From Macrostomum lignano (lineage: Eukaryota): 64,000 bases of DNA. The stretch's first letter is position 1; each line of letters opens with the position of its first letter. The translations under genes and the position numbers were made by a program. Location: assembly GCA_002269645.1 (NCBI GenBank), contig NIVC01001175.1, positions 124,001 to 188,000 of the forward strand. Reading direction: 5' to 3'. The notes under the pieces were generated by a model. It searched no databases and was not told the DNA's origin. It worked only from the letters and a program-made list of their open reading frames with translations. Shown here piece by piece: positions 60,721-64,000 of this stretch.

Positions 60721-63700
60721 TCAGTGCATCCACAGACCGGCCCAGAAGGCGGCGGCCAAGGCCAAGAACACGCAAGCGTAGGCCACCAGCCAGCCTTCGC
60801 TGACGTGCTCGAGCTGCTTGCCTTTGATCTTCGGCTCCGGCTCGCTGCTGGTGGCAGCCACGGATTCGGTGGACTTGTCAGTCAGCTCAAAGCGTCGGCT
60901 GATGGCGCCCTCCAGCTTCTTGTTGCGGACGGCGCCTTTTGGAAAGTGGAAATGGAAGGGCAGATTAAATTAACTATTTTCCATGCGGACAGCTCAGTCT
61001 ATGAGAATTACCCACAGGAATTTTTCCCGCGTGAGTTTTTCCCACAGCGAGATTTCCCCGCCGAGATTTCCCCGCCGAGATTTCCCCGCCGAGATTTCCC
61101 CGCCGAGATTTCCCCGCCGAAGTTTTCCCACAGAGATTTCCCCCACCGAGATTTCCCCACCGAAATTTCTCCACCGAGATTTCCCCACCGAGATTTCCCC
61201 ACCGAGATTTCCCCACCGAGATTTCCCCACCGAAATTTCTCCACCGAGATTTCCCCACCGAGATTTCCCCACCGAGATTTTCCCACCGAGGTTTTCCCGC
61301 AGGGTTTTTACAGTCGGAATTTCAAGTCAAATCATATCGGATTGGAAGTCTAATTTAGTCTAGTTTTTTATCTAGTCTAGTTTATGTCATGTCTAGCCTA
61401 GCCTAGTCTAGGTTAGTTCTAATCTAGTCCAGCACTGTCGATAGACTGCATTTGACTTGAAATTCCGAGTGTAAAAACCCTGCGGGAAAACCTCCGGGAA
61501 ATTCTCGTGCTCCCGTAAACTGGGTGTACAGTGATTGTCTACTGCAGCTGTCCATGACAGAAACCCTGTGGGCACTCAGAAGCATGCGGCACTCACGGAT
61601 GCGCAGGCACTCGAACAGAATCATGGCGATAATCTGCATTCCCGTGTAGATGGCCAGCACGATGACGGCCCAGAAACGGAACTCCGGCCTGAGACTTTCG
61701 AATGTGGCGCCCAGCCAAATGGCGACGGCTGAAATGTTTGAAATTTAAGTAAGCGTCGTTTACTGAAAAGCTACAGATAGAATTTTTTTTTAAATAGGGA
61801 GTAGTAGCTAAATAAGTACACCTTGATTATTTTATAAAATGGGACCGTAGCCCAGTGGTCTGGCGCAATGCTTACATGTATGTGCCAGCGGCCCAGGCTC
61901 GATTCCAAGTGCAGTCACATTAATTTGAGGCTAAGTTGGAATCTTGGCTTGGCTCTACTCGTGCAATTAACTCTCATGATGGCCAACCCCCAAGGCACAG
62001 TGAAGTGTACATGTACATGCCTAACGATTAACAAAGGTAGGGCCGCTGTACACTCCTGTAAGTGTGTGCCTGTGCGAATGACTGCGTACGTATCCGCGCG
62101 CTTGTGTGCCTGCTAAGGGAAGTCGGCAAAATGTGCAATAATGCCTCTCGTCGGTTGTGTGACAATGTCGCTTAAAGTGCACTAGAATGAATCCAGCCCC
62201 TGCAGCTAAATAAAACTTAAACTAAGATTGAGGAACAATTAATAAAGTAAGTGCCCACATGAAGAGCCATGCTGCCCATTGGGGCCTAAATGATCACCGG
62301 AGCGTCAAACAGAGCCCATCTTCAACAGCATGAACTCTTGCTGGATGCAGGGATCGCATCCCAATACCCAGTCAAGCCTGCGACTTACTGGCGAAAGCCA
62401 TCGCCAACAGGCCGTTCCAGCGATGCAGCCGGTTAAAGATCGACCTGTGCTTGGTGCCCGGGTGCGGCCGGAAAATGCCGGCAATGATGTTGATGAGGCC
62501 GAGCGACATGCCGATGACGCCGAAAATTCCGTGCACCTGGGAGTCGGTCTCCCACTCGCCCTGCTTCACCAGGATGTAGATGAAGCCAGCCAGCGCGATA
62601 ACGTAGCCAATGACCATTGCGCAGACGTGGATGAGGAACCAAAGTTGCTTCTTGACCAGCTTCTGCGTCAGGACCGGGCGAGAGTGCCGGGCAACGACGA
62701 TAGACAGGCCGCATAGGAAGAGCCAGAAGGTGGTCATGAGGGTGCCTGAGGTGCGATGCACGGGCTTTTTGGATAATTTGATAAGGATAATGACAAAGAT
62801 GATCGCAATAACAACTCACCGTGAGTCTGCACTTTCGCCTCGATACCGCTAAAGTACACGGTGGCTTTGTTGCCCATCGGAGTGAGTCGCACCGGAGATC
62901 TCAATGGAAGATGCGTGTGCTTTCCGATATTTGGGGTGTCTGCAATGGCGAGTTTCAACCGCTTGAGATACGCTATTGATTTGAACAGCTTTCAACTACT
63001 TATCCGTTCCTCGTGTAAACGGATGGCTAACAAAAAACGTAAACATGATCAAAGTTGGGACACTAAACGTCACAGCGAATTTAGTTGAGAAGCACTTACT
63101 CGCCAAGTTCATTCCCTGACCCAGTATCACGAACTTGCCCTCGCCGGACATCTTTCTAGTGACAGAGATCAGCGAGCTCGACTTGCTGGACATGTTGTAC
63201 TTGTAGTAGGAGAAGGTTGCGTCGACAGGTCGAACAAACTGGCAGCTGATTCTGTTCGGCTGAACAGGCAGGCTGGCTGCGTCTCCGGTGCCCAAATCAA
63301 TTCGAGTCTTCATGTCGGTGATGTCCGACTGTAATGTAGTTGGCGCATTTTTGTATAAAGAGTGATACAAAAATTCCTATTCCTGTATCCATTGTGTATT
63401 TTTGCGTGTGACCTCGCCTCGATCAAGCATATCTTCCAACTGTTGCTATTTTTAGCCCCTGCTGTATGTGTTTAGTCATGAGTTTCGTCTTCGTTAGTAA
63501 TTGCCATGCTAGCAATTAGACAATTATACCTTTAAGCTTTAAGCTTAGCCTAAGGCTTCTCCAGCACACCCAAGTTCTGTGTCTCAAGCTACTGAGTGAG
63601 CAGACTGAGTCACACAGCTACAGCTGAGGTTGCTGCAATAGAGAATTAAACTTTTGTTGCCAAAATATACTCGAATAGAGATTTCTTACCCTGTACAGCG

Positions 63701-63791
63701 GAAAGACGCACTTGTCAGCAACAATTCCGAAATCCAACCGAATTTTCGATCTCTTTGAATTGTAGCCGCAGCTGAAAACCTCGAGCTTGTC
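60721..63791 (-). CDS. FRRS1: DOMON + cytochrome b561 protein (ferric-chelate reductase 1-like), 3' portion; exons 63791-63690 (probable), 63328-63100, 62939-62820, 62745-62389, 61728-61597, 60935-60721
   Basis: DOMON end (ISCQFVRP...GKH..LP), then b561 with four heme-ligand His motifs: QTHGTLM, LWFLIHV, QVHGIFG, FRPHPG...RSIFNRLH. Two further TM helices and stop at 60721. Junction phases are compatible. The 5' end probably lies beyond the window (a possible 39-nt exon at 63985-63947 is weak). The symbol denotes family similarity, not proven orthology. Confidence 0.88.
60995..61515. mobile_element. MITE-like foldback element with internal 14-bp tandem repeats (cgagatttccccac)
   Basis: 44-bp inverted repeat 61289-61332 / 61450-61493 (1 mismatch), ctag-rich spacer, tandem repeats in the left arm; lies in the last FRRS1-like intron. 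Confidence 0.65.
61841..62225 (+). mobile_element. Second tRNA-related SINE-like element (candidate)
   Basis: gggaccgtagcccagtggt A-box-like start, ggctcgattcc B-box-like motif about 55 nt downstream, A-rich end; single copy in the window. Confidence 0.45.
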
Positions 63792-64000
63792 CTGTCGAAT
63801 AAGAAGTTTGTCAAGTTTAATAGTTTTCTTTTCAATGGCTGTTTTGGAAAGTTGTGTGTGTTGGCACTGTAAACCAATCGGTTACAAACATTTTTGTGTG
63901 AAGCGGAGTAGCTTGGCGGTTAACGATTCTGACTCTGTAGTCATACATGCGCAAGGACCAACCCCAAAGCACAGAGCGTACATGCCTGATGATTAAAAAG

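Overview
Eukaryotic (invertebrate-type) genomic DNA, extremely rich in micro- and minisatellites, with short GT-AG introns and GC-rich exons. The style suggests a flatworm such as Macrostomum, but that is inference only. All recognisable host genes are on the minus strand. (1) A cluster of small three-exon genes for secreted, GPI-anchored, 8-cysteine Ly6/uPAR (three-finger)-like proteins: two apparently intact (12494-13081, 20532-21076) and two broken copies (8688-8894, 16732-17003), embedded in a local segmental duplication and satellite arrays. (2) A nine-exon small-conductance Ca2+-activated K+ channel gene (SK/KCNN; 33217-52907, about 844 aa by my splice reconstruction), most of whose introns are filled with tandem arrays. 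(3) The 3' part of a DOMON + cytochrome b561 (FRRS1-like) gene (60721-63791). Mobile DNA: a dead piggyBac fused to an RTE-like LINE 3' fragment, a Tc1 fragment fused to a Ty3/gypsy pol-PPT-LTR 3' half, five copies of one tRNA-derived SINE, a second SINE-like candidate and MITE-like foldbacks. Top leads are the diversifying Ly6-like cluster (with RFX X-box-like upstream motifs), a minisatellite built from the SINE 5' end, and families of related minisatellites sharing core motifs. All calls are from manual reading and motif recall; no database searches were run and array boundaries are approximate.
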